A stretch of DNA of 64,000 nucleotides from an uncultured archaeon (GTDB taxonomy: Archaea; Thermoproteota; Nitrososphaeria; JACIWG01), in contig CALHLD010000026.1 of assembly GCA_938034445.1 (NCBI GenBank), positions 562 through 64,561 on the forward strand. Direction: 5' to 3'. The notes beneath the pieces are model-generated. The model saw nothing but the letters and a program-made list of their open reading frames with translations, had not been told where the DNA came from and searched no databases. Both the position numbers and the translations under genes were made by a program. Of the stretch, positions 9,840 to 18,566 are shown one piece after another (position 1 is the stretch's first letter; every line of letters starts with the position of its first letter).

Positions 9840-11096
9840 ATGGTTGATGCAAGAATTTTTAATGATAAATTGGATTTTCTTGAAAACAAAATTTTTGATG
9901 GAAAACTTGTAGTGCCAGATTATAGCAATCTTTGCATAGTTAATCTGCATTCGATTATAGAAAAATTTTTTGGAATAAAAAGCTTATCGCCTTCGAAAAT
10001 GTATATCGAAAATTTTCCAGATTTCACTAACATTAATAAGATTGTCCTCTTTATTATTGATGGTCTAGGATACAGTTTTCTGGAGAACCATTTAAGTAAG
10101 ACAAGCATACTTCTTCCAAATGTTAAAGATCATTATCTTACACCAATAACATCAACATTTCCGTCTACTACATCAACAGCTTTAACAAGCCTTTTTACAG
10201 CCCAAACTCCAGTTGAACATGGTATTGTAGGGTACACAATGTATCTAAAATCTTTAGGCCTAATAATAGATATGCTAAATTTTACACCAGTCTATGGTTG
10301 GATGTCAAATGAAAATATAGTGCAAGAGTTGGGTGCAAATAAAAGCTTATGGACTACAAAACTTATGGAAGAAGGAATAAATGTGCGCATATTAACAAGA
10401 TTCACTACAGCTGAAAGTGGGCTATCTAAGATAATTTATCAAGGACAAAAGATAATAACCTACGTACTTGCCACAGACCTAATCGTTAATTTAAAAAAGT
10501 TGCTCGAATCTACAAATAATCTAATGCTTATTGTCTACTATCCTGGATACGATACCCTTTCACATTTATACGGTCCTTTTTCTGAAGAAGCAGAAACTGA
10601 TCTCACTTTTTTCGAAAGCCTGATTAAAACATTTTTAATTGAAAAACTTGATAAAAAAGTAAAAGATGAAACATTATTTATATTAACTTCTGATCATGGG
10701 CAGTCTCATACAGAGAATGTGATGTTCATAAAAGATATGCCTAGAATATTTGAACATCTCATAATACCGCCGGCAGGTGATAGTAGAGCAGTCTTCCTTT
10801 TTATTAAACAGAATAAAGTTGATAAATTAAAAGGGTTACTCCAGGAGGAGTTGATTGATTTTAAAATACTGGATTCTAATGAGATGTTAAATAAAGGTTT
10901 TTTTGGGGCGCCAAAAACGGATAAAGAAAAAATTACATTAGATGAAAGGATAGGTGACTTGACTCTAGTAGCCACTGGTCAAAGTTCGATACTTTATCCA
11001 TACTCTGAAAAAGATAGGGAACGAAGTAAAAAGGGTTCTCATGGCGGATTAAGTTTAGATGAAATGCTCGTCCCACTATTCGCCTTTAAACTATAG
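9840..11096 (+). CDS. Alkaline phosphatase superfamily (nucleotide pyrophosphatase/phosphodiesterase)
   Basis: IIDGLG, FPSTT, EHGIVGY, D..SH..GP, TSDHG, GSHGG..DEM.VP. Confidence 0.92.
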   Translation: MVDARIFNDKLDFLENKIFDGKLVVPDYSNLCIVNLHSIIEKFFGIKSLSPSKMYIENFPDFTNINKIVLFIIDGLGYSFLENHLSKTSILLPNVKDHYLTPITSTFPSTTSTALTSLFTAQTPVEHGIVGYTMYLKSLGLIIDMLNFTPVYGWMSNENIVQELGANKSLWTTKLMEEGINVRILTRFTTAESGLSKIIYQGQKIITYVLATDLIVNLKKLLESTNNLMLIVYYPGYDTLSHLYGPFSEEAETDLTFFESLIKTFLIEKLDKKVKDETLFILTSDHGQSHTENVMFIKDMPRIFEHLIIPPAGDSRAVFLFIKQNKVDKLKGLLQEELIDFKILDSNEMLNKGFFGAPKTDKEKITLDERIGDLTLVATGQSSILYPYSEKDRERSKKGSHGGLSLDEMLVPLFAFKL

Positions 11097-11158
11097 TATC
11101 CTTACAAATCCATTTCACAAAAACTTATCTTTTCCAAAATTTAATCCACAAAAATAAT

Positions 11159-11596
11159 ATGATACATGTTAGAAAATATAGTGAAAGAGATTTAGAACAA
11201 ATTTTGAAGATAGAACGGTCCTCGTTCAAATTCCCGTACCCAATGAGTCTGTTTAAAGAACTTTTATCAAATAGGCATACTAGAATGTTTGTTGCTGAAA
11301 CTGTTTCTGACAAAATTGTTGGATACATACTTTATTCGATAAAGTCACCAAAGTGTTTACTCATTTCAGTAGCTGTAGACCCAGAATATAGACGTATGGG
11401 TGTAGGCACTATGTTAATGAAAGCCTTTCTAGATGATATAAAAGATGTTGTTGAAGTAGTTGAATTGCAGGTTAGCTGCAATAACTTTGAAGCGATAAAG
11501 TTTTATTATAAGTTTGGTTTCAAGGTTACTGGTATACTAAAGGGATATTATCCTGACGGGGAAGACGCTTTTCTTATGGTTAAATCTTTAAATTAA
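11159..11596 (+). CDS. rimI: GNAT N-terminal acetyltransferase (RimI/Ard1-like)
   Basis: SVAVDPEYRRMGVG, N..AIKFY.KFGF, YYPDGEDA. Confidence 0.85.
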   Translation: MIHVRKYSERDLEQILKIERSSFKFPYPMSLFKELLSNRHTRMFVAETVSDKIVGYILYSIKSPKCLLISVAVDPEYRRMGVGTMLMKAFLDDIKDVVEVVELQVSCNNFEAIKFYYKFGFKVTGILKGYYPDGEDAFLMVKSLN

Positions 11597-12541
11597 TTTT
11601 TGAATTATAAAATCAACCTTTTCCTTAACCATATTATATAATCTTTCACTAAACATTCCTTTTGTAAAAGCTTCCTCAAATTTTTCTTCATCAACAATCT
11701 TTATTGAACCATCAGGGTATACGCATATGTCTATTTCAAGGTCAACATACCTTATGCCGTTTGAAACAAGTTCGACACCTGTTCCAATGTTCACATATTT
11801 TCCCTTAAGCTTTCCATCTCTCGAAAGATACTTTGTAACAATATACATTTCTCCTATCCTAGTAAAGGATTCTGCAATATCATTCTCTTCCTTTTGAACT
11901 TCAAGTCCATCATAGTATCCATCACTTTTGATAAATCTAGAATATTCTAATTTATCATCTAGAAATTTTTTTACGGTAGCTGTTCCAAGCTCATAAACTC
12001 TACCATCCAATTTATGATGTAAAATTCTAATTCTATCACCTTCTTGAGGCAAATGTTTTACTATAACTGCATAAAAGAGTTGTTTCACACTCTCATATGG
12101 TTGTCCTATTTCCAATAATTTTTCAGCCTGCGCAACATACGAAGCAATCTCATTGTTCCATGTTTTGAAAAGATGGTGGTCATCGATTGTTGGGGTGATT
12201 GTGTTTCTTATCCTATCCAATTTCCTTTTCGAATATAATGGGATTATTATGTCCACTATACCGTTAACCAAGCTTTGAGGTGTAAGATGCCTGAAGATAG
12301 GGTCGTCCAAATTTTCTCTAAAAACTCTTACAACATCCTTTATGGCCTCATTTTTTCCTATAACTATCACACCATTTCTATCCAATCTGTCTCTGACTTC
12401 AACATCGAAGCTTTCTTCGTTAGGTTCAATGTTAAATCTATTTATGATTTCAATAGAAGGTTGTGCAATTTTAAAGCCGTTTTCTATGAAAAGTTTAGTT
12501 AATGCTGTAGAATATATTCCCCTAACCTTCACTTTGACCAT
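11588..12541 (-). CDS. FAU-1/DUF402 RNA-binding ribonuclease (short form)
   Basis: VKVRGIYSTALTK N-terminus; G.YDGL, G.YVNI.T, RYVDLEIDI DUF402 motifs. Confidence 0.85.
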   Translation of the reverse strand: MVKVKVRGIYSTALTKLFIENGFKIAQPSIEIINRFNIEPNEESFDVEVRDRLDRNGVIVIGKNEAIKDVVRVFRENLDDPIFRHLTPQSLVNGIVDIIIPLYSKRKLDRIRNTITPTIDDHHLFKTWNNEIASYVAQAEKLLEIGQPYESVKQLFYAVIVKHLPQEGDRIRILHHKLDGRVYELGTATVKKFLDDKLEYSRFIKSDGYYDGLEVQKEENDIAESFTRIGEMYIVTKYLSRDGKLKGKYVNIGTGVELVSNGIRYVDLEIDICVYPDGSIKIVDEEKFEEAFTKGMFSERLYNMVKEKVDFIIQKLI

Positions 12542-12547
12542 TAAAAA

Positions 12548-13582
12548 TTACACCTTCCTTATCATCCAATTTCCATTAAACTTTGAGACTGAAAACCTTG
12601 TTCCTAATATCTTTTCGCAAAGCCACATATTTGTTTCTAGATGGTCTGAAACTTCCCTAACTATGAACGAAGATTCTCCATTAGCTAGGGCCATGTATGG
12701 TATTAGCATATCAGCCATGTGAACATCAACTGTAACCTTTCTTTCTATTTCAGAAATAAGTTTTTCAGCTGCCTCTACACCCACACTTTCACTAGATTTA
12801 CCTATTTCTCCAATAGCATCAGAACCTAATATTACACCCCTATCACTCTCACACCACAAGACAATAGAACTTCCCTTCTGCATCGGGTTCGACTCGTCAT
12901 ATACGATATCGATTCTCGAATTAAGCCCTATTTTATTAAACTCTCTTGCAGCCGCTGAAGCTTGCCTCTCAGAAACTCTTCTATCTTTTAAAAATGTGCA
13001 TATTGAAATACCACGTACCTCCTTCATGTTTCCAAACTCTTCCAATACTATTGGAAAAAGTCTACTTACTGGATTTACAGAAAGTACTGCCTCCCCCATA
13101 CCAACCGGATAATATCCATATTTTATTACTTGGATATCTGCACTTACTCCCATTTTGTTTAAAACTTTTAGTAACACATTTTTTAGATAGTTTATTGTAG
13201 GCGATGCCCTAACATCTGTTCCACCCCTTTTTACTGTTAAATTCACTTTTTCTTTAGCGAATATACATATAGGTAAAACTGTCATAAAAAGCATTGGAAT
13301 ACTACCAGCTGTACCTATTTCACTTTCGAAATTTCCACCCCTTATTCTAGTAGGCTTAAACCAAAGCTCCTTTGAGCCTAAGTATGCACCCTTAACCTCA
13401 GCATCAACAAGCTTTGAAGCCGTCAGGACTGCCTCCAAATGTTGTGGCCTAAGACCTGGATTATCCCTCTTCTTCCTAATATTAAAAATATGTAGCTCTT
13501 CATTTAGTATCGAAGCTAAAGCTATAGAAAGTCTAAGTATTGTACCACTTCCACTCTTTTCTCCCCCATCTATCTCTATCAT
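12548..13582 (-). CDS. rtcA: RNA 3'-terminal phosphate cyclase
   Basis: IEIDG..SG.ILR, PGLRPQH, TAGSI, GGTDV, GYYP.G.G, D.H.ADML, HLETN. Confidence 0.95.
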   Translation of the reverse strand: MIEIDGGEKSGSGTILRLSIALASILNEELHIFNIRKKRDNPGLRPQHLEAVLTASKLVDAEVKGAYLGSKELWFKPTRIRGGNFESEIGTAGSIPMLFMTVLPICIFAKEKVNLTVKRGGTDVRASPTINYLKNVLLKVLNKMGVSADIQVIKYGYYPVGMGEAVLSVNPVSRLFPIVLEEFGNMKEVRGISICTFLKDRRVSERQASAAAREFNKIGLNSRIDIVYDESNPMQKGSSIVLWCESDRGVILGSDAIGEIGKSSESVGVEAAEKLISEIERKVTVDVHMADMLIPYMALANGESSFIVREVSDHLETNMWLCEKILGTRFSVSKFNGNWMIRKV

Positions 13583-13658
13583 AGAATACGCTTATGAAAG
13601 TATAAATTATAATATAAATTTTTAAAAGGAAAAAAGAAAAAATAAAATTTAAACTTTC

Positions 13659-14876
13659 TTATTGGCTTACAGGTTTCTTGAGCAGCAGAATCACTATCAC
13701 TATTCCAATCGCCGCAAGTAGTGCTACCATATAAAATGATGAAAGATAGCTTCCTGTGATATCACGTATGATGCCAGAAGTTAATGCTCCTATAATTGCG
13801 CCAGTACCGTAGGCTGTAAATACGATACCATAATTTTTTCCATAAAATTTTGTTCCAAAAAATGATGCTGTTGCAGTAGGTGCGATGGCAAGCCATCCGC
13901 CTAGATTAAGCCAGAGAATACTGAAACCAATTAAGTAAAGTGCAACATTTCCATCTCCAAAGAAAGCTAGTGCTAAAGATGCTGTAATAATCATAGTATA
14001 AGAAAGTAGTGCCGCATATTTTGGTGTTATTCTATCAGTAAGCCATCCAAATAATGGCCTTCCAAAGCCATTAAAGACTGCAAAGATTGAGACCGCTAAG
14101 CCAGAGGTTATTGGATCAACTCGAGCAACTTCTCTACCAAAGGGTGCGGAAATACCTATCGCCATTAATCCAGCCGTTGTTCCTATAGTGTAGGTTAACC
14201 AAAGTGCATAGAAGCATTTTGTTTTAAGCATCTGATAAGGTGTATAATTGGATTGAGTGCTTATACTTTGGATGCTACCCTGACTTTTTAGGCTAATATC
14301 TTCTGGAGGAAATTTTAGTGGCAGTGAAAGCAAGAATAGTGTTAATAGGAAAAAGGTTCCAAGATATCCGAAGGTTGTAAGTGGACCCAGCATTAAAATT
14401 AAGTACGTCATTAAAGGCGCCATAACAAGTGCTGAAAGGCCGAAACCTAAAACTGTTAAACCTATAGCCAGCCCCCTCTTGTCCGGAAACCATTTTGCAG
14501 AAACACTAATAGGCACACCATAAGTGATCCCTACACCGATTCCTCCCAAAAGACCATACAATAATGTTAGAACATATATGTTTGGAGAAAAGCTTGCAAG
14601 TATCCATCCAGCTCCAACCAATAAGCTTCCTAATATTGAAGTCTTCTTTGCTCCAATCTTTTCTAAAATTATACCGCCAAAAGGCATAGTGTAACCAAAT
14701 GTTGCAAGAAAAACCAGATACGGTAGCCCACTTTCTGTTACAGAAATGTTCCAAAAACTTTCTAAAGGCTTTCTAAAAACACTAAAAGCGTAGATGGCGC
14801 CAAGAATTAAATGTATAACTGCACCAACAATCACATAAATCCATCTCCTATTATAAGAGCTAGTATGTGATGTCAT
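13659..14876 (-). CDS. MFS transporter, oxalate:formate antiporter (OFA) family
   Basis: About 12 TM helices; KWFPDKRGLA.G, NG.GR...G...DR, FG....G.NYG. Confidence 0.9.
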   Translation of the reverse strand: MTSHTSSYNRRWIYVIVGAVIHLILGAIYAFSVFRKPLESFWNISVTESGLPYLVFLATFGYTMPFGGIILEKIGAKKTSILGSLLVGAGWILASFSPNIYVLTLLYGLLGGIGVGITYGVPISVSAKWFPDKRGLAIGLTVLGFGLSALVMAPLMTYLILMLGPLTTFGYLGTFFLLTLFLLSLPLKFPPEDISLKSQGSIQSISTQSNYTPYQMLKTKCFYALWLTYTIGTTAGLMAIGISAPFGREVARVDPITSGLAVSIFAVFNGFGRPLFGWLTDRITPKYAALLSYTMIITASLALAFFGDGNVALYLIGFSILWLNLGGWLAIAPTATASFFGTKFYGKNYGIVFTAYGTGAIIGALTSGIIRDITGSYLSSFYMVALLAAIGIVIVILLLKKPVSQ

Positions 14877-14967
14877 ATTTGGTCCTACTTGCTAGCAAAG
14901 AAGACAATTTATATTCTTTTCTTTAAAAATGGTAAAAATTTTTAAAATAGTATAGAATTCAATAAGT

Positions 14968-15444
14968 GTGCGAAGACTATATAATGATAAAGATCTTCAG
15001 GAATACATTAAATTAAATAAACTTGAAGCTGAAATCCTATATTTTAAGGAGCATACTATGACTGTTGAATCAGCAGCAGAAAAATTAAAAGTGCCTAAAG
15101 AATATATTATAAAAAGTATTTTGGTCTTAAATGAAAGAAGTGAACCCTTTCTAATAATATTAAATGGTGATAGAAAAGTATCGTTTCAAAAGGTTATGAA
15201 AATTACTAATTCAGAAAACATCAGGTTAGCTAAAGCGAAAGAAGTTAAGGAAATTCTAGGATATGAGATAGGGAGTGTGCCGCCAATTTTTCATAAAAAT
15301 AGTGTAAAAGTGTTTATTGACGAACGTGTCCTTAAATACGATTACGTTATTGGTGGTGGAGGTTCAACTCACTCTCTCCTTAAAATTAGGCCAAAGGATG
15401 TCCTTAATCTAACGAAAGCGCTAGTTTATGATATTAGTGAATAA
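14968..15444 (+). CDS. YbaK/EbsC aminoacyl-tRNA deacylase
   Basis: IIKS, RLA...EV...GY.IG.VPP, GGGS. Confidence 0.9.
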   Translation: MRRLYNDKDLQEYIKLNKLEAEILYFKEHTMTVESAAEKLKVPKEYIIKSILVLNERSEPFLIILNGDRKVSFQKVMKITNSENIRLAKAKEVKEILGYEIGSVPPIFHKNSVKVFIDERVLKYDYVIGGGGSTHSLLKIRPKDVLNLTKALVYDISE

Positions 15445-15448
15445 AAAA
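15420..15448 (+). repeat. Direct repeat copy 1 (ybaK 3' end; putative att site)
   Basis: gctagtttatgatattagtgaataaaaaa; 27/29 identical to 18523-18551. Confidence 0.8.
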
Positions 15449-15459
15449 TTTAATGCTTT

Positions 15460-15885
15460 ATTGCTTAATTTAGTTTCCGATTGGCTGTTAATAAAAGATA
15501 CATCAAGAAAGAAATAGAACAGTGAAGCTATTGCAACCAAAGTACAATTATCAGATTTGTATTAATTTCATCTACAATGATGTTTAGAGAAAGTTTGAAC
15601 TGTTTATTTAAATGAGGCTGCAGCAATGCTTGTTGGAATAGCAGCTAGGGCCAAGAGCGGTCATTTTAACCGCTAGGGAGAAGGATGGAAAAAAGAGGTT
15701 AAGGCTTAACTGTGGCATGCTTATAAGCGAACATATTAACACTTCCGGAAGGTCTGGTTGGTCAGTGTTTAGTATATGCGAGCCATAGTAAAAGTCAAGA
15801 ACCTCTATGTGCGATGGCTAAGTGACTAAGCTCAAATTGGCTAGTCAAAGCCCAGAGTTTGATTAGAACTAGGGTTCTACAAATA
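15460..15885 (+). other. Hairpin-dense non-coding region, possibly a decayed tnpB-related 3' end with its RNA
   Basis: Hairpins agcggt/accgct, gttaag/cttaac, aacact/agtgtt, agccat/atggct, tgacta/tagtca, agccc/gggtt; broken frames VKLLQPKY and LNEAAAMLVG. Confidence 0.35.
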
Positions 15886-15946
15886 AAAATTGGGCATTTT
15901 TAGAGAAAGTGGTGTTTGAAGTAACTGTATGGCGAATGAGATACAT

Positions 15947-15967
15947 TTATATAACGCCGTTATATAA
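15947..15967. promoter_or_regulatory. Perfect inverted repeat over the dsrE-tusA promoter
   Basis: TTATATAACG-c-CGTTATATAA, overlapping TATA-like boxes just upstream of the DsrE gene. Confidence 0.6.
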
Positions 15968-15972
15968 TTATA

Positions 15973-16395
15973 TTGGGTGATGAAATGCCAAAAATATCCA
16001 TAATTGTGGCTTCAGAAAAACTGGATAAGCTATTTCCGGCGGCAACACTGGCCACAACAGCAGCCGTTATGGGCTGGGAATCAGAGATGTTCTTTACATT
16101 CTGGGGTCTCTTAGCCCTAAAAAAGGGTTATGAGCCAAAGGAAGTTAGCTCAGATTACAAAAGCTATGAAGATGATTTAAGGAGAGCAATCAGCTCAGGA
16201 GCTATGCCAAGCTGGCTAGAAATATTGGAGCAGGGGAAGAAGACTGGAAAATTGAAGATTTACGCTTGTTCCACAACGATGAATTTTCTTGGTGTGAAGA
16301 CTGAAGACCTAGTAGCATATGTTGATGAGGTTGTTGGTGCCGCGTCCTTTTTAAGTAAAGCGAAAGATTCAGATATTAATCTCTTCATATCATAA
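15973..16395 (+). CDS. DsrE/DsrF/DrsH-like sulfur relay protein
   Basis: MFFTFWGL, KIYACSTTM, VGAASFL. Confidence 0.9.
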   Translation: MGDEMPKISIIVASEKLDKLFPAATLATTAAVMGWESEMFFTFWGLLALKKGYEPKEVSSDYKSYEDDLRRAISSGAMPSWLEILEQGKKTGKLKIYACSTTMNFLGVKTEDLVAYVDEVVGAASFLSKAKDSDINLFIS

Positions 16396-16400
16396 TATAG

Positions 16401-16640
16401 GTGGTAACTTTGGAAGCTAATATAGTTGTTGATGCGCGAAATAAGTCTTGCCCAGGCCCACTTTTGGCATTAACTAAAGCAGTTATGAAGGCCAGTCCAG
16501 GTCAGATAATTATGCTCCTGTCAACCGATCCAGGTGCCCCTCAAGATATTAGGGAATGGGCCTCACATGCGGGTCATAAGGTTCTGAATGTTGAAAAGAT
16601 GGGTGAAACATATCGGATATACTTAGAGGTTTTGGGTTGA
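16401..16640 (+). CDS. tusA: TusA-family sulfur carrier
   Basis: VDAR..CPGP, TDPGA..DI..W. Confidence 0.9.
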   Translation: MVTLEANIVVDARNKSCPGPLLALTKAVMKASPGQIIMLLSTDPGAPQDIREWASHAGHKVLNVEKMGETYRIYLEVLG

Positions 16641-16660
16641 CCTATAGTGACCTATCAGAA

Positions 16661-16822
16661 CCGGCATACTGGTTAACACCGTGTGTCCCGGATAGGCCCT
16701 GACAAGAGGATTAAGAATCCGGTCAGGTTAACCTCGGATAAAACGGGTGAACGATTGAGGAAATCATAAGCAAATGTTGAGCACTTTTTAATCTAATAGA
16801 CGATAATGTAGCCATACGCTGA
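16661..16822 (+). ncRNA. Candidate structured RNA resembling an IS110/IS1111 non-coding end (bridge/seek RNA), no recombinase nearby
   Basis: Nested helices tggtta/tagcca, caccgt/acgggtg, cctgac/gtcagg, ggatt/aatcc separated by internal loops; family assignment is inference. Confidence 0.4.
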
Positions 16823-16965
16823 CTCCCTTCATAATGCTTCTATAAGCTCGGTATATAGCGCCTTGGTCACTAAGTCTATGAAAAAATTAAAGCTTCAAAA
16901 CTAAACGATATAATCAAATCTTTTCAATTATGAAAATCATTAAATATAATCATTTCAATTTTAAG

Positions 16966-17400
16966 TCAAATTTTAAGTTCTGTTAAAGTACGTTTTATCT
17001 CGTTCACAACAAATTTAGCGTTATCAATTATTTCTTTGGCTTTTTCTCGAGTATAATATTCCATTGGAGTCAACCATTTGCCTCCAACTTTTAGAGGATA
17101 ACGTGCATACACCACCTCCCTTTGGATCATGCCTCCCTTCTCAATCAATTGAATGTATCTTTCTTCCCTAAGCAGCTCTGGTTTCACTCTTCTGATAACC
17201 GCTGCTAAGCCGCTTATCGCTCTATGATTTTTTGCCTCATTTCCTCCAAGTTTTATGATTAAGGCGTTTGCTATACTTTCAACAGCTAAAGAAGCATGAA
17301 AAACGGCAGAATCATATTCTCCGGTTTTAAAACGTTTTTCCGCCCTAGCCAAATTCACTTCAGAAACCCTAATTAAAACATCTATTTTGTTTTCAACCAT
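16966..17400 (-). CDS. HEPN domain protein (MNT-HEPN toxin partner)
   Basis: A.....GEYDSAVFHA..AVE, KNH, YARYP, A.EII..A; overlaps the MNT gene. Confidence 0.88.
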   Translation of the reverse strand: MVENKIDVLIRVSEVNLARAEKRFKTGEYDSAVFHASLAVESIANALIIKLGGNEAKNHRAISGLAAVIRRVKPELLREERYIQLIEKGGMIQREVVYARYPLKVGGKWLTPMEYYTREKAKEIIDNAKFVVNEIKRTLTELKI

Positions 17401-18014
17401 ATTCTTGTCTCACTTAAATATTCATGGCTGCATCTAATCTCTTCCACCCTACTATGCAGTATTCTGGCTAGCTTGCCCGTCTTATCAACTAAAACTTCAA
17501 AGCCTTCTGCGATACCATATATAATGCCGCCTTCACTTGAATAAACATTATCGAGGAAATCTTCTTCTGTCAAAATTAATGGTTCAATCATAATGTGATA
17601 TTCTCTTTCAAGCTCTAAAATTTTGGGCATAATCTTCGCCTTAGCCTTTTCGAGTGGTTTATCGACAACGATAATCATGTCCAAATCACTAAGCTCATTA
17701 GCCCTTTTCTGAGTTACACTACCAAAAAGAACGATGGTCTTAACAATAGGCAGTTTTGAAAGTTTATCGGACATTCGTTTAGCTTGGAAGCGCATATATA
17801 AACTTAATTCATAAGTGGAAACATCTAACTTGTGGGCTAAACTATACCATTTACCATCCTTTTTAATAACTCCTTTACTTTCTAATTCTCTAAGCTTAAA
17901 AGTCAACCATCTATCACTTAATCCAGTCTCAGTCTTCAATTCTTTGTAAGTATGTCTTCCATGATTCAAGACCAGGAACACTTTTCCTTCAGGAGTTAAA
18001 GAGACTATTTCCAT
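17382..18014 (-). CDS. Winged-HTH + minimal nucleotidyltransferase (MNT) antitoxin
   Basis: N-terminal wHTH (YKELK..TGLSDRWL..KLRELE..G.I); LFGS....A...SDLDMIIV. Confidence 0.88.
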   Translation of the reverse strand: MEIVSLTPEGKVFLVLNHGRHTYKELKTETGLSDRWLTFKLRELESKGVIKKDGKWYSLAHKLDVSTYELSLYMRFQAKRMSDKLSKLPIVKTIVLFGSVTQKRANELSDLDMIIVVDKPLEKAKAKIMPKILELEREYHIMIEPLILTEEDFLDNVYSSEGGIIYGIAEGFEVLVDKTGKLARILHSRVEEIRCSHEYLSETRIWLKTK

Positions 18015-18054
18015 CGTTATTCACCAATTAAATATAATACACCAAATAATAAAT

Positions 18055-18071
18055 ACTTTACTAAGTAAAGT
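18055..18071. promoter_or_regulatory. Palindromic operator upstream of wHTH-MNT
   Basis: ACTTTACT-a-AGTAAAGT, about 40-57 bp upstream of the MNT start. Confidence 0.5.
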
Positions 18072-18228
18072 TAGACTGAATCTTGACCGAGATTCAACTA
18101 AACCTTGAAATTATAACTTCATGGTTATTAAAAAAATTAAATGAGCAAATCTTATCTGATTTCAGGTTTCTATAAGATCGGCCCAAAAGGACTTTTGCAT
18201 TCTGTTAAGAAGTATGGTGGTTTAAATG

Positions 18229-18514
18229 TTGACATTCTCCTCGGCTTAAGTCGGGAGATTCTCGGTTCTTTGTCCTTAGGGGTTCATCATACCGAGTTCG
18301 GGCTGTGTCAAATCAGCCCATAGCATGAGCGTATAACCTGTGCCCCGCTCGCCCGAACCACCTCCCCCACTTCAGCCTGAAGCCTTATTCGGGCTCTTGG
18401 ACACCCAGACTACATTCGAGCGACACGCTCAAAATATGAGCAGAAAATTCTATATTTAAATTTATCGACAGTTCATTCCAGAGCTAAAGCTCTAGGCTTT
18501 CTTGTTGAATTTTT
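18229..18514 (-). mobile_element. Non-autonomous IS200/IS605 mini-element (PATE-like) with omega-RNA-like interior
   Basis: Minus strand: TTAC flank, then left-end hairpin aagcctagagctttagctctgg; right end gaatctcccgacttaagccgaggagaatgTCAA; no ORF. Confidence 0.8.
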
Positions 18515-18522
18515 GTAAAGGA

Positions 18523-18551
18523 GCTAGTTTATGATATAGGTGAATAAAAAA
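18523..18551 (+). repeat. Direct repeat copy 2 (putative att site)
   Basis: gctagtttatgatataggtgaataaaaaa; reads LVYDIGE* like the YbaK tail LVYDISE*. Confidence 0.8.
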
Positions 18552-18566
18552 ATAAAATTGGGGGGC

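Noticed and set aside
18141..18323. 60-aa ORF
   Set aside because: Its second half runs into the IS200/IS605 mini-element; not a credible gene
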